Notes: generated from the sequence alone by a model not told the origin. A stretch of 64,000 nucleotides of DNA from Fimicolochytrium jonesii (GCF_025526975.1 NW_026515676.1:620001-684000); one strand, 5' to 3'; numbered from the stretch's first letter, positions 1 to 12,500 are shown. Numbers and translations: made by a program.

Positions 1-2865
1 GATACTGCTCCAGGATCTGGTTGGTGCGTTCCGTCTGGCCATCGCTCTGGGGGTGGAAGGCCGAGGAGAGGTTGGCTTTTGCCCCAAGGAGTTCGAGAAG
101 TCGACGCCAGAACCGGGACTTAAACTGGGGTCCTCGGTCAGAGATGACATCGTCGGGGAGGCCGTGGAGACGGATGATGTTGTGGAAGACTAGGTCGGCG
201 GTGGATTCGGCGGATTCTGACTCGCTGCAGGCGATGAAGTGGGCCATCTTGGTGAGGCGACAGTTGACGTTCAGGATGGAGTCGTACCCGTCCACGGGAG
301 GCAGACCGGTGATAAAGTCCAGGGACCAAGATCCCCAAGGGCGGGTAGGGATACTGTTGGGCTGGAGTAGGCCGTATGGTTTGTGTCGACTGGATTTGGC
401 TTGGCTACAGGTATCGCAGGACTTGACGTAGGCCTTGACGAAGCGTCACTGGCTGGGCCACCAGTAGTTGCGGGAGGCGAGTTCGAGCGTCTTGGACATC
501 CCAAAGTGGCCGGCTAGGGGAGTATCAGGCATGTCGTGGCAGACTTCAGCTCGGAGCTCGTTGGTGGGGACATAGACCAGGGTATCGTGCAGCATGATCC
601 CATCTTCATCTGAGAACCGCTTGATACGATCTTGGGTTTCCTCAGTTCGTTGGGCGAGGGGTATCTTGAGCTTTTCGCGAATGGTGTTAGCGAGGGGATC
701 AGAGAGCTGGGCGGCCTTAATCTTGTCAAGCAGCGTGGTATCCATGGGTGTGAGGTAGGCACCCGCGAGTCGAAGGCGTTCGGGAGTCAAAATTGTGGTT
801 GCCTGGGAGCGGACTGCTTCTTCCCCCTCTTTGAACTCATGTTTGGAGCGTCAGGAGAGGGCATCGGCTTGGTGCTGCTGGGAACCGGGGCGATAGGTAA
901 TGACAAAGTCAATATCCGAGAAGAATATCGACCAGCGGGCTTGGCGGCGGTTCAGGGTGCGGGTGGTCATGAAGTACTCAAGGTTTTTGTGGTCGGAGTA
1001 AACAGTGATCTTGTGACGGGCGCCAATGAGATGGTGGCGCCACTGAGCAAAGGAGTCTTGGATGGCCAGAAGTTCCTTGTCGTAGATCTTGTAGTTGATC
1101 TCTTCGGCCGTGAATTTGCGAGAGTGGAAGGCCACGGGGTGGAGCTGATTGTCCTGGTCAGGTTGGAGGAGAACTGCGCCAAGAGCGAAGTCGGAGGCGT
1201 CAGTTTCGACAACGAAGGGCTTCTCTGGGTCAGGGTGAGCAAGGATGGGGGCGGTGGTGAATGCTCTCTTCAGGTTCTCGAAGGCGGTGTTTGCGGCGGG
1301 TGTCCAGGCGTACGGGATGTCTTTCCGGGTCAGGGCTGTGAGCGGGGTAGCGATCTTGGAATAACCTTGGATGAAGCGGCCGATAGAAGTTGGCAAAGCC
1401 GAGGAACCGCTGGACGCCTTTGACATTCTTGGGAGGTTCCCAATCCGTGATGGCAGCGATCTTCTTGGGGTCCATCTGGATGCCTTTCTTGGAGATGATG
1501 AAGCCTAGGAACTCAATGGATTCGCGGTTGAATTCGCACTTCTCTGGTTTGGCGTACAACCCATGCTGTCGGAGGCGGGACAAGACTTCGCGGACATGTT
1601 TGGGGTGGTCTTTGGGGTTCTTGGAGAATATCAGGATATCCTCGAGGTAGACGACAACAAACACATCGAGAATGTCGCGGAAGATGTCGTTCATCAGGTA
1701 CTGGAAGACGCCAGGAGCATTGCTGAGTCCAAAGGGCATGACATTGTATTCGAATAGGCCGTAGCGGCAGCGGAAGGCGGTCTTCCATTCATCGCCCGGG
1801 CGCATGCGTAAGAGGTTATAAGCGCCGCGGAGGTCGATCTTGGTGAGACGGCGGGCGCCGCGCAAACAATCCATGAAACCGTTGATCAGGGGCAGGGGGT
1901 AGCGAGTCTTCACCGTGATGCTGTTCAGGCCTCGATAATCGACGCAGAGGCGGAGAGAACCGTCCTTTTTCTTCACGAATAAGACTGGCGCACCGGCAGG
2001 GGACTTTGAGGGTTTGATGAATCCTTTGGCGAGGTTTTCTTCGAGGTATTCGCAGAGTGCCTTCATTTCTGGTTCGCTGAGGCTGTAGATCGGGCCGAAA
2101 GGTGGCTGCTTGCCTTCTTCCAGATCGATTGGACAGTCGTAGGGGCGGTGCTCGGGGAGAGTGTCAGCATTTCTCTTTTCGAAAACGCCGGCGAAGTCTC
2201 GATACTCGGGGGGCAGGAAGTCTTTGATGTCTTTCTCGGGTGTTGTGGGGTTACTGGGGCTAGGCGAGGCCGGGAGATCGGGTTTCGCAGGGTTGGCGTA
2301 GGCGACAAAGACCTGGCCATGCCTTGCTGCCACCCGGAAGGCTGGGGTGGAGGATTGGACCAAGGAGGATTGGAGCATGGGGTGATTTGGTGACATGGAA
2401 GACGAGTTCTTCGAAGTGGTCTTCGACCCACATGCCTACTGGTTGGGTGTGATGGGTGATTGGCCCAGCAGAGCTGGGTTGACCGTCAACGAGTTCGATC
2501 GTCAGTGGACGCTGATGCGGGACTAGGGCGTTGCGGTGTTTGCGGGCAAAGTCTCTGTCGATGAAGCAAGACAGGGCGCCATTGTTGATCATGGTTGAGG
2601 TAGGTATCGGGGCGCGGCTGGATGATACCATGATGGTAACGGGGTAGTTGAAGGGTTCAACGGGACCCAGCGCAAGCATGGCGCGGGGGTTAATTTCGGA
2701 GTTTTCGACATGGGCAGCGGCTAGGAGGGTTGTGTCGGCTATAACGGAGTCAGGAACCAGGGGGGTGGCCTCTCCCGTTGCAGGAGCTGCGAGGTTAGGA
2801 GGCCCGGGGCGGTGTGTGTTGTCCAGTCGCTGGGGCTTTACTGCGGCTGGACTTTGGGAAAACCC
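1..2865 (-). pseudogene. pol: family A pol (PR-RT-RH-IN), frameshifted, with internal stops
   Basis: ORF pieces 2260-2679, 1230-2396, 851-1426 and 446-790 carry PR, RT, RH and IN zinc-finger motifs in Gypsy order; stops at 851 and 446. Confidence 0.92.
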
Positions 2866-3836
2866 TGTTCGGTGGAGGGTTCTTTGATGTTGACGTTGGC
2901 GGCACGGGTGGTGGTCTTGTTCTTGACGGGGCAGACTTTTGCAATGTGCCCCGCGCCACCGCAGTAAAGGCAGAATTTGTTGGAAATGCGACGTTGGCGT
3001 TCCTGAGGGCTCAGAGGGCCGCAGGGACGAGCGGCGTCAATCTGCATAGGCTCGCTGTGGTCGACAGTGGTGGTAGTAGTAAACGAGGTATGGGGAACCG
3101 GGAAGGTCTGGCGGCTTCTGTTTCGCTCCAGGCGGCGCTCAAACAGCCGGTTATCGCACTGGATAGCCTGCTCCATCACCACATCAATGGTGGCCGCAGG
3201 GGGCATTGTGAGCATCGGGTCTTTGACGTCTTCTTGGAGGCCACGGCGGAAGGTAGCTATCAGGGTCTGGTCGTTCCAGGAGACATCGCATTGTAGCTGG
3301 CGGAACTCAGCGACGTACTCGGTTGCTGCAGGGGTTTGGCGAAAGTTCTGGAGCTTGTTTTCAGAGGTGCGGACCCTGTCGCTGTCTCCGAAGACCGATT
3401 GCATCTGACTGATAAAACTATCAAAGTCCTGAAGGCTGTGATCTTGGCGTTCGACTAGGGGTGCCATCCAGGCTTGCGCAGTGCCGGTGAGGTAGGTGCC
3501 AATAGTTTGGATCTTGATGATGTCGCTGGGGTAGCGGTCGGGCTGGAGAGCAAACATCAACCGGATGTTGTTCAACCACCCACGGAATTTGCTGCGGGTA
3601 CCATCAAACTTCTCGGGCGAGCTGATTCTTGGCTCCAGAGCAGGGTTGGTGACTTGGGGACGGGTGTACGTATCGGCTTGAACCTGGGCGGCGATGCTCT
3701 GGGCAGCTTGTGCGTCAGCTTGGGCTTGCGCTAGGTTGGCCTGCAAGTTGGCGTTCTGGCTTTGGAAGGCGGCGATGGCTTGGCACATATCGTTCCATTG
3801 CTTGGCGGTGAAAGGTACGGATTCGGGTTGGGACAT
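2838..3836 (-). CDS. gag: Gag of family A (capsid plus CCHC knuckle CLYCGGAGHIAKVC)
   Basis: 332-aa ORF with PEKFDG, YL.G.A..W, F..GL...VK and PMQID motifs. Confidence 0.9.
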   Translation of the reverse strand: MSQPESVPFTAKQWNDMCQAIAAFQSQNANLQANLAQAQADAQAAQSIAAQVQADTYTRPQVTNPALEPRISSPEKFDGTRSKFRGWLNNIRLMFALQPDRYPSDIIKIQTIGTYLTGTAQAWMAPLVERQDHSLQDFDSFISQMQSVFGDSDRVRTSENKLQNFRQTPAATEYVAEFRQLQCDVSWNDQTLIATFRRGLQEDVKDPMLTMPPAATIDVVMEQAIQCDNRLFERRLERNRSRQTFPVPHTSFTTTTTVDHSEPMQIDAARPCGPLSPQERQRRISNKFCLYCGGAGHIAKVCPVKNKTTTRAANVNIKEPSTEQGFPKVQPQ

Positions 3837-3905
3837 GGCGAAAAAGGTTTGTCGGATGCAGGGCTGGACGGGTTCTGAACTTCGCAGTGTTGGAGCAGAT
3901 CAAAC

Positions 3906-4444
3906 TGTTATGATCTCGACGACGGAGGCGGAAGCGAAGTAGAGAAGACAGGGCGAGAGTGATAGGCGACAAGAGATTGTATTGGCGAAACAAGAAACAA
4001 GGACTAGAACAGGAGATGAGAAGAACTGGTGTTGATCTGCTGGGGAGGAAGGGAATGGACGAAGAGAAGCCGGCTATTTATAGATAGGCAACCCAGCAGA
4101 TCAGAGAACAACAACAACAAGAGGGGACTGGGGGGGCGCCAGCTATGCTCCTAGAGCGTGCGTGGCGAGCGTAGAGAGCATTGCTACAGCTGCTGGCTAT
4201 GGGGAAGTAGTGGGGGGTGTGGAGAAGCCGAGGGGGGATTGGCAAAATGAGAGGAGAGAGGAGGAGTGGCGATATTGCGGGTGGATTGGCGAAATGAGAG
4301 GAGAGAGGGGGAGTGGCATTGACATTGACATTGACACTGACATTGACACTGACATTGACATTGACATTGGCGTTTGACATTTGGCGGTTGACATTGGCGG
4401 CTGTCAGTAGGTAAGCTTATGGTATGGGCGCGTCGTCCATAACA
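3906..4444 (-). repeat. 5' LTR of family A (539 bp, TGTTATG..CATAACA)
   Basis: Repeats at 43144-43681 and 48363-48901; 7-bp terminal inverted repeat; internal (TCAATG)n-like microsatellite and TATAAATA. Confidence 0.97.
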
Positions 4445-7400
4445 GAAACCCTGTTGTTCGGGGTCAATGCCTATGTGTACCTCCGGGCATGCACACCACC
4501 GAGTCTCCAGGAGTGATCAGTTGCTGCTTACTCATTACGTATGGCAGCCGTCAACGCATTTACCCTATGCGGATGTTGGTTACCATCAAGGGGCTGTGTG
4601 AACACTCGTTTTGTGTAGCACGTTGCAATCCTTCCACAGCTTTGACTTATGTCCAATGATATCGTGAACGAGACTTCTCTGCTCGATTAGCGATATCTGA
4701 TGTTTTTTCTTGCACAGAAGGTCTCATCCAGCTACAGGTCATTCACGGCTTCCAGCCAACCGTGCGCTCTTGCGTCGCAGAGCCTCAGTTCCCTTAGAGC
4801 GCTTCCACTTTCGCGTATCTGTAACGGATTCTGCTTCACCATGGATCAAGATGAAGTCATCGAATGCAGCGCAGTCTTTCCCTCGCTCATGCGTTTCCCA
4901 TGTTGTCTGCTCAGGTGGCCAACAAACCCACTGAACGAGATACTGAGGTTTTCCATGGACCAACCTACATCCGATAATCTTATCGACATAGTACTCTTCC
5001 TTGCCTTCAACTTGGATGGGCCCTGGGTGAGAGTCCTCTACATTGTCGATGCGCAGCAGATCTGGAGTTGGCTTGTGCCATGGCCTCAAGATATCCATAT
5101 GGAAGACCGGGGAAAGAGTGCCCATCAAAGCTGGCAGCTCTAACTCGTACGTTTCCGGGTGTGGTCCTTCGTTCTTCACAATGAAGGGTCCAAGCCAGCT
5201 CTGTCGAAACTTGAGCGGCTTCTTATTGAAAGCAGGGATCGTTATCCCGTCGCTGTTCAACAGGACTTTATCTCCTGGACTAAAGCTCTGTACACGACGT
5301 CCACGATCGTGATACTTTGCTTGTTTGTCCTGGACTTCCCGCAGTTTCTGCTGCACAATGAGTTCATTGGATAGGTATGCCCCAGCACGCTTCTCCATCT
5401 GTACAATGAGCTCAAGTCGTCACTTATGCAAGAATGGGATCGACGTATCGTCCATACGTTGCAACACCTTTGCGTGAACCTGCCAATGCATCGGCGCCTG
5501 CGGAATTCTACCCAATTCAACCTTGAAAGGGCAGTATCCAGTGCTGTTCTGCGTACGGTTGTAGGCAAACTCCAACAATGGCAGTTTGTCAACCCAATCA
5601 TCTCTCGTTACAGTAAGGTACGGTTTAAGGATCTTGTTCAAGATAGCAATACTTTGTTTGACCTTTCCATCCATCTGTTGGTGTCGTGCCTTGCTCAAGC
5701 TCTGCTTAGAGCCCAACAACGATTGAAACACCTTCCAGAAATCCGCCAGGTAGCAGGGATCTCAATCTCCGATGATCACAGCTACAGTATCTTTATGGCG
5801 CCATACTTCACGGAAGTAAAGCTGGGCCAACTCCTTGGCAGTTATTGTGGAGGTCGCAGATATAAAGTACGCGCACGATGATAGAGAGTCGATGAAGACA
5901 ATAATACTGTCATAGAACGCATCACTATGCACCTTCTCCCCCCCCCCCCCCCCACGACCGTGTTATTGGCATCAAGACAGGATCACTTAGCAGTAGTCGG
6001 CAGAGGAAGCAGATGACTGAGCAAACTCTATGTAGTGTGCAATGCTGTACTGTGAAGTATGTATTGTCTTGTGTAGAAAAGTCTTATGGAGTAGAAAGCG
6101 GACGTGAGGTCCGAAGGGGAAGAAAAGAGTGAAGTCCCGTACGCGGAAGCGTGGCGTAAGCGGGAGGTGAGTCACAAGGGGAACTTAACTACTAGAACCC
6201 TAACCGGGGACTAAGCTACGGGAACCCTAAATAAGGACTCGGGAGGATGATACCTCCAACAGGATCCATGCCCATTGTGTGCCAACGTCGGTCGGGAATT
6301 CGGAGCGAACAAAGTAAGCCAACACGCTGATTCATTGGCACCTTGAACCTTTGGCAAGACCCACAGGTCTTGGTGTACCTTCTCACATCTGCGTCCATAT
6401 TGGGCCAGTAGAACTTGCGTAGGAGCTTTCCCAAAGTGCCTTGTACTCCCGATTGCGAGCCCGAAAGCAACAAGTTGTGGTACGCTTGCAACAGAGTTCC
6501 TCGTCAAGCAGCTGGCACGTAGAACTTATCGTGATACAGTGAACAACCATGCTCATCAATCGAAAAACGCCGATCAAATGTAGACTGCCGTTCCTTTGGC
6601 TGTGACAACGCATCTTTCCGAGAAGTGAAGTACTCGTCAGCCTCCAAGCTTTGTATCCAATCCTCAAGCGTAACATTCCCCAAACTAGAGTGATTGATGA
6701 AGGCTCAAAATGGGCGATCATTCGTCCGATCCTGAAAGTAATGCCTATTCCCCTTGCATGTCTTAACCAGAGCTAATAGCTTTTGTTGGTGCACGGGGTA
6801 ACTTGTTTCAGCGGACTCCATCTTCCACCCAGAGAAAGCTATCGGCTTTAACGGTGGCAGATTCTTGAATCCTTTCACCGAGGTAGGCAACGTTGATGGG
6901 TAAAGCTCCGATGGGTGCGCTGGCTGGCCGAGCCATCCTCCTATTGCAAAACCCGATGCATCCGTAAACACATATAAATCTCGCTCTGGGTCGTAAGACG
7001 CAAGCGTAGGAGCTGTAATAATAGCTTCCTTCAGCTTAACAAAAGCTTTTTCTTTGACATCGCCTTGGCGCCATGGCCTATTGCCTGACTGTAGCTCTGT
7101 CAACGGATACGCGATGTATGCATAGCGATCAATGTATTGACTCAGTTAGTCTGTCAACCCTAAGAAAAACTGGACCTCATTCTGTTTTATAGGACATGCA
7201 TAGTTTCGCACAGCGTCCAATTTCCAGGGTGCAATGGCCATCGTATCCTCTCCCAGGATATGGCCGCAGAATTCAAGCTCCTTCTACATCCATTTGCACT
7301 TGGACAGCTTGACATAGAGTTTATGCTCAGCGAGAACAGTCAAACGCTGTCCACATGAGCGATATGCTCCTCAACCGTTTCCGAGAAGATTAAGATATCA

Positions 7401-7665
7401 TGCAGGTAAGATATGACATATGCATCATACATCTTCCCAAATATCTTATTGGTTAACCATTGGAACGTTGCTGGCGCATTCGTCAATCCAAATGGCATAA
7501 CCACGTACTTGAAATGACCAAACCGCGTCCGAAACGCTGTTTTGTCTCTATCAGCCTTGTGAACCAAGAGGCGGTGATACGCATCTTTGATGTCCAACAA
7601 TGACTTGATCTTCTTTCCACGTACCCGATCCCGCATCTCTGCAAGATTTGGTAACGGCGTACGAT
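4445..7665 (-). mobile_element. Gypsy family B fragment B1 (RT C-terminus, RNase H, integrase, chromodomain, 3' UTR), pseudogenised
   Basis: TAFRTRFGHF..MPFGL, YLHD, FTDASGFAIGG, GPF and EEYYVDKII..YLVQW motifs; interrupted by a solo LTR of family C and by element E. Confidence 0.9.
5985..6261 (-). repeat. solo LTR of family C (277 bp), TSD GGATC
   Basis: GGATC at 5980-5984 and 6262-6266; homologous to 26266-26542, 33365-33598 and 36603-36836. Confidence 0.92.
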
Positions 7666-7884
7666 TGTATTAATGCTAGGTCCGTTGCCAGAGGCTAGCT
7701 CTGTCTCCGCTCGATGTATTGAAAGAACTCTAGAGTTTCTACCTCCCGGGGCGCCGCCCGAAGGCTTTTCTTCCCTTTGGGAGTCACCCCAGAGCGCAGA
7801 ACCCCAATATAATCTATGCTACACGTGATCTCATGCCCTACGCGCTTCCCCGCACTAAGGTGACACCTGCAGCACCTCATTAGA
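7666..7884 (-). repeat. putative 3' LTR of element E (~219 bp), with PPT at 7885-7892
   Basis: Starts TGTATTAATG at the junction with B1 and ends CATTAGA, followed by CCCCCCTT (AAGGGGGG on the minus strand); no second copy in the window. Confidence 0.65.
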
Positions 7885-8118
7885 CCCCCCTTAGAGCCAA
7901 GTGTCACTCCGACACCGACCGCACCTGTCAGTCGCTCCCCGCTGTTACTTGATGTGGAGCTGACACAGGTGTCGGCCATGAGGAGTGCGCATGGCTCTAC
8001 TGGAGCGGCTGGTGTCACCGGTGGTCACCACAATGGCAATCAGATCCACGCCGATATGAGGTAGAGATGATTCAGCCGCAGCTGGTCGTGGGGCGCTATG
8101 GTCCTTGTCCCTGCGGCA

Positions 8119-8125
8119 TATAAAA
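8119..8125 (+). promoter_or_regulatory. TATA box of the antisense gene
   Basis: TATAAAA about 100 nt upstream of ATG 8227. Confidence 0.55.
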
Positions 8126-8226
8126 GGAAGGCAGTAGTCCCCTCGGCACCTTCCCGCCAGTCCCCGGACTTACATTTCTTGCTCCCAATCTCGTAACCTC
8201 TCACGGTCGCCGTTCCCCTCTTCACT

Positions 8227-8985
8227 ATGGCCAGCGTAGCTCCTCCTGCCCAGCCCACTGCCGCCGGCCCGTCATCGGGCAAGAAGAAAGTAGGCAAGGG
8301 CCCCACCACAGGGGACAGCCTGAAGAAGGCTCTCAAGCGACAGCGAGTGGTGAGTCCACGGAGGTTGCCCAATTGACCGAACTTACGTGGTTTGACCAAT
8401 TCCATCTCAGGACACCCCCAAGGTGCACTCGGACAGGACCCCAGAGCCCCCGGCTCCACCGGCCCGACCTACGTGTTGGAACTGCAACACGTACCGCCCC
8501 CGCAAGAGGTTCCTCTCGGCGTGCCAGCACGTTATATGCCGGCCTTGCATCCTCCCGCTCTGTGATGACACCGTAAGGAACCGCATGTCATGGGTGGTTC
8601 CCGTGGGGTGACTGACAGCTCACATCTCTTCCCGACAGACCGACACGCCCATCGGGGAGTTCATGTGCGGCTACGTGGACGGTTTTGGGGAGGAGTGTGA
8701 AGTGCCGCTCTTCTGCCAGGCGCTACCCTGCACCTGTGTGTGGCCCGACTGCGATTGTCTGGCCGAGGACGTGCGGGTCTTCTCCTGCGACCACATCCAG
8801 TGTATGGGGCATGTCCACGCGTAAGTACAACAGTCGTGAATTTTCGACAGGTCCTGCCACTGACGTGATGCGCTCCCTCTAGTCAGATGAACGTCCAGCA
8901 GTTCGTCCCGCTGTGTTGTGGCATGGGGACCGCCTGCCACGGCTCACGTTGCCAATGGTCTTTCGCCAAACAGGCTGGTATTTAG
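8227..8985 (+). CDS. spliced 189-aa Cys/His-rich protein with two RING-like clusters, antisense cargo of element E; exons 8227-8349, 8411-8572, 8639-8820, 8883-8985
   Basis: Introns GTGAGT..CTCAG (61 nt), GTAAGG..ACTGAC..GACAG (66 nt) and GTAAGT..ACTGAC..TCTAG (62 nt) join into one open frame ending at TAG 8983-8985; C-x2-C-x12-C-x-H-x2-C-x2-C pattern. Confidence 0.8.
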
Positions 8986-9074
8986 CCTGGCGTCGTCGTT
9001 CTTCTTTCTTGTATATATTTTGGTGAATTTGATCTCTTCGGAGGGTTTCCCTTTGGTACTTCACCGATTGTCCT

Positions 9075-9470
9075 GAGCCCTTGTGCCTCGCACCCGCTCG
9101 CATCCTAGGCCTTGGTATTGCATACCCACCCGAATGAGCCCTGACACCTCGCTTGCCCGCTCGCATACGCCCTGGTACCCTGTACCCGCCCGCATCCTAG
9201 GCCTTGGTATTGCATACCCGCCCGCATGAGCCCTGACACCTCGCTTGCCCGCTTGCATAGGCCCTGGTACCCTGTACCCGCCCGCATCCTAGGCCTATTG
9301 CATACCCGCCCGCATGAGCCCTGACACCTCGCTTGCCCGCTTGCATAGGCCCTGGTACCTCGTACCCGCCCGCATCATAGGCCCTGGTACCACGTACCCG
9401 CCCGCATCATGAGCCCTGGTACTATGTACCCGCCCGCATCATAGGCCTTGGTACTAGTACCCGCCCGCAT
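9075..9470. repeat. tandem array of ~30-32-bp monomers, partly organised as ~92-bp trimers
   Basis: Recurrent GCAT..GCCCTGGTAC..GTACCCGCCC; GCATCCTAGGCC recurs at 9100, 9192 and ~9283. Confidence 0.9.
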
Positions 9471-9534
9471 GCGTCCGTAATGGTAATGATCATTTCGGAC
9501 AGGTGAAACTCTGTTTTGATGTATGTACAAGGTT

Positions 9535-12500
9535 CAGATACGTTTACGGCGACGAGAGACTGCCGTTCTCTCCTTGGCCTTGGTCTCCCAAGTCTCCCGG
9601 CGCTTGGCGGCTTGCTTTTGGACATATCGCTTGTGGGCCAAGGTGTCACGGACGTGTTGGAGTGGCTCCCAGGTGTTCTGGGACACGTCTTAGCCGGCCC
9701 TTTGACCAGGAACATCTCGGTGTTGCGTACCCACTTGGAGTCGAGGATGTCTTCAACTCGGTGTTCGAGTTCGCCGTTGACTTCCTCTGGGGGGCGTGGT
9801 GCGTCCACTTTTCGGTATGGGCCGTTCTCCGGAGGGTTGTATCTGCGTAGGACGTGGAACACCGGGTGTAGTCCACTGAACTCGTGGGAGAGCTCCAGCT
9901 CGTAGGTGTCCGGGTGGGGCCCTTTTCCGCTGACGGTGAAGTACCCTATCCATAGAGGGGACAGCTTCTTGTTTCGGGCCGAAATACTCTTGATCTGGAT
10001 GCCTTCGCGGTTCAGCAGGATCTGCTCGCCTACTACGAACGCGTCCATATTCTTGTTCCTGTCGTAGTATTTTGCCTGCCTGTCCTGGGCCTCTCGGAGT
10101 CTGTGCTAAACGATGCGGCTCACCTTGGTCAGTTGCTGCATGCGCTCCTCAATGCACTTTCGATCGGCCTGTTTCAGTTGCTCTGTTGGGTCGCTGGTAC
10201 CCCATGGGTCTGGTACCTTTGGGATGTACCCGATGTTGATCTCGTACGGGGACATGCCCGTGGAGGTCTGGGGCGTCCTGTTGTAGTTGTACTCGAGGAG
10301 GGGAAGCATCTCGCCCCAGTTCGAGCCGGTGTAGTTCAGGTAGGGGACCATCATCTTCTTGATTTTGATGACGTTCTCCGTCTTGCCGTCGGTCTGTTGG
10401 TGGCGTGCCGACGAGAGTTCCTGCTCTACGCCGGCGCACTTCAGGAGGTGCTTCCAAAAGGCGCCGGTCCATTTGGTGTCCCGATCGCTGATGATCGTGT
10501 GGGGCATGCCCGTGATGCGGAAGGCCTGGTCAAAGAACAGCTGGGCGAGTTCCTTTGCCGTCGCCTTGAGGTGGGTCTCATGGAGGATAACAAGGCTGGA
10601 TAAGTAGTCCACCAGGATGAGGACGGCTCCCTTGTCCATGAGGGACTCGTCTCCCGCTTCCCCCCCCCTTAGAGTTCGTTGTGGGGAAGTAGATGTCCAA
10701 GCTGACACAACGCCAGCGCTCGTCGGGGACCGAAATGCTGCGTAGGAGCCCGAAGTTGGAAGCCTGCTTGTTGCGTTAGCAGTCGGGACAAGTCCGGACG
10801 TACTGGTGGACCTCGCGCTCAAGGCGGGGCCAGTAGTAGAGCGCGAGGAGTTTGGCGATGGTGCGCTGGACACCCGAGTTGCTGTCGTTGGCCAGGGAGT
10901 CGTGATAGAACCTGAGGAGGGGGCCCCGAAGGCCCTCGGGGACGTAGCGGCGGCCATAGTACAAAAGGAAGCCGCGGTCGTCGCGCGTGAGGCGGCGGGC
11001 AAAACCCTAGAGGGTAGAGGGGTCGTCGGGGTTCGTCGCGGTGGTCTGCAGGTGGGCGAGGGTGTCCTTGCAGAACTTGTCATTGTCGAGCGCAGTGAGC
11101 CACTCGGCGTCGGTAGGAGGCGGCCGGTGATGTTCGGTAGAGGTGTCCCGGTGACAATGGAGAACACTTCAACCTTCATCTGACAGCTGGCGCACTTCGG
11201 GCCGTACAGCGGGTGCGGCTGAGTATGTCGGCGATGTGATTGAACTAGCCGGGGAGATATTCAGTAGTGAAGTCGTAGTCCTGAAGGAACTCCACCCATC
11301 CGGCCTGGCGCCGGGAGAGATGAGGCTGATTCTGGAGGTATATGAGGGATTTGTGGTCGATGAATGCACGGAATTGGCAATCGATGAGGTAGTGGCGGTT
11401 AGCACAGATCACTTTGACCAATGCGAGGAGCTCCTGTTCGTGCACGGGGTATCGGGTTTCGGCCGGAGCCATCTTGCGTGAGTAATATGAGATGACGCAG
11501 AGGCGCGGAAGGTTATTGAGGCCCTTTTTCGTGGTGGGCAGTGGATTCAGCATGGGAAAGTCGCCGTCCGTGCCCTGACCAATCCAGCCCCCTACGGCGA
11601 AGCCCGACGCGTCAGAGAAGATGTAGGGGAACTTATCGGGGTCGAAGAACGCCAGGCAAGGGGCATTGGCGACGCGGGCCTTGATGGTGTCGAATGCTGC
11701 TTGTTCCTCGGCGCCACAGGCGGGTGCCGGGTTGAAGGTTGGTCAGTGGGAGGGCTGTGTCAGCATAATGCGGAATGTATTCCTTGACATAGTTGACTAG
11801 CCCCATGAAGGAGAGGAGCTCGAGGGCGCTGGTGGGTTCGGGTCGAGAGCGGACAGCCTCAACCTTGGACGGGGCGATGGAAAGGCCGTCCTTACCGACC
11901 ATGTGCCCACAGAACTTGACCTGGTCCACTGCCCACTGACATTTGGACGGTTTCACGTGGAGGCGGTGAGCCGAGAGGGTCTTGAGCACTTCGGTGACAT
12001 GCCCGATGTGTGAGTCCATGTCGGGGCTGAAAATAAGGATGTCATCGAGGTGAGAGATGAGATATGAATCGTACTTGTCGCCCAGGAGTTTGTTCGTGAG
12101 GCGTTGGAACGTCGCGGGCGCGTTTGTCAGCCCGAAGGGTAATACGATGTACTGGAAGTGGCCGAAGCGCGTCCGGAAGGCAGTCTTCTCACGGTCTTCC
12201 TCCCGAATGAGGATGCAGTGGTAGGCATCGCGGATGTCGATAGCGGTCAAGACCTTCATGCCGACAAGGCGGTCCCGAAGCTCGTTGAGGTTTGGGAGGG
12301 GCGTTGCGTCCTTATGGGTCATCTTGTTGAGGGCCCGGTAGTCGGTGCAGCAGCGGAGGCCACCGTCCTTCTTCGGGGCAAACAGCACGGGTGCCCCCCA
12401 GGGGCTCTTAGAGTGGGAGATCCACCTGCGGGATGATAGGCGCTCGAGTGGCTGCCGTAGCTCGTTGAGTTCATCGGGGGCCAAGTGGCGGACTGGGAGC

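Larger units (their letters stand above)
1..4444 (-). mobile_element. Ty3/Gypsy (Tf1/sushi-like chromovirus) retrotransposon, family A copy 1; runs off the left edge of the window
   Basis: 5' LTR 3906-4444, then gag 2838-3836, protease (MINNGA), RT ([13 protein letters not shown] in place of YLDD), RNase H (ETDASDFALG) and integrase start; near-identical to 43144-48901 in the opposite orientation. Confidence 0.95.

Noticed and set aside
4078..4394. Small ORFs with NVNV/MSMS/DIDI repeats (also at 43194-43509 and 48413-48729)
   Set aside because: Translations of the hexamer microsatellite inside LTR A
9075..9470. CRISPR-like array, or coding repeats (ORFs 8879-9166, 9061-9258, 9105-9287)
   Set aside because: Contiguous degenerate monomers without spacers; the ORFs are by-products of a GC-rich repeat
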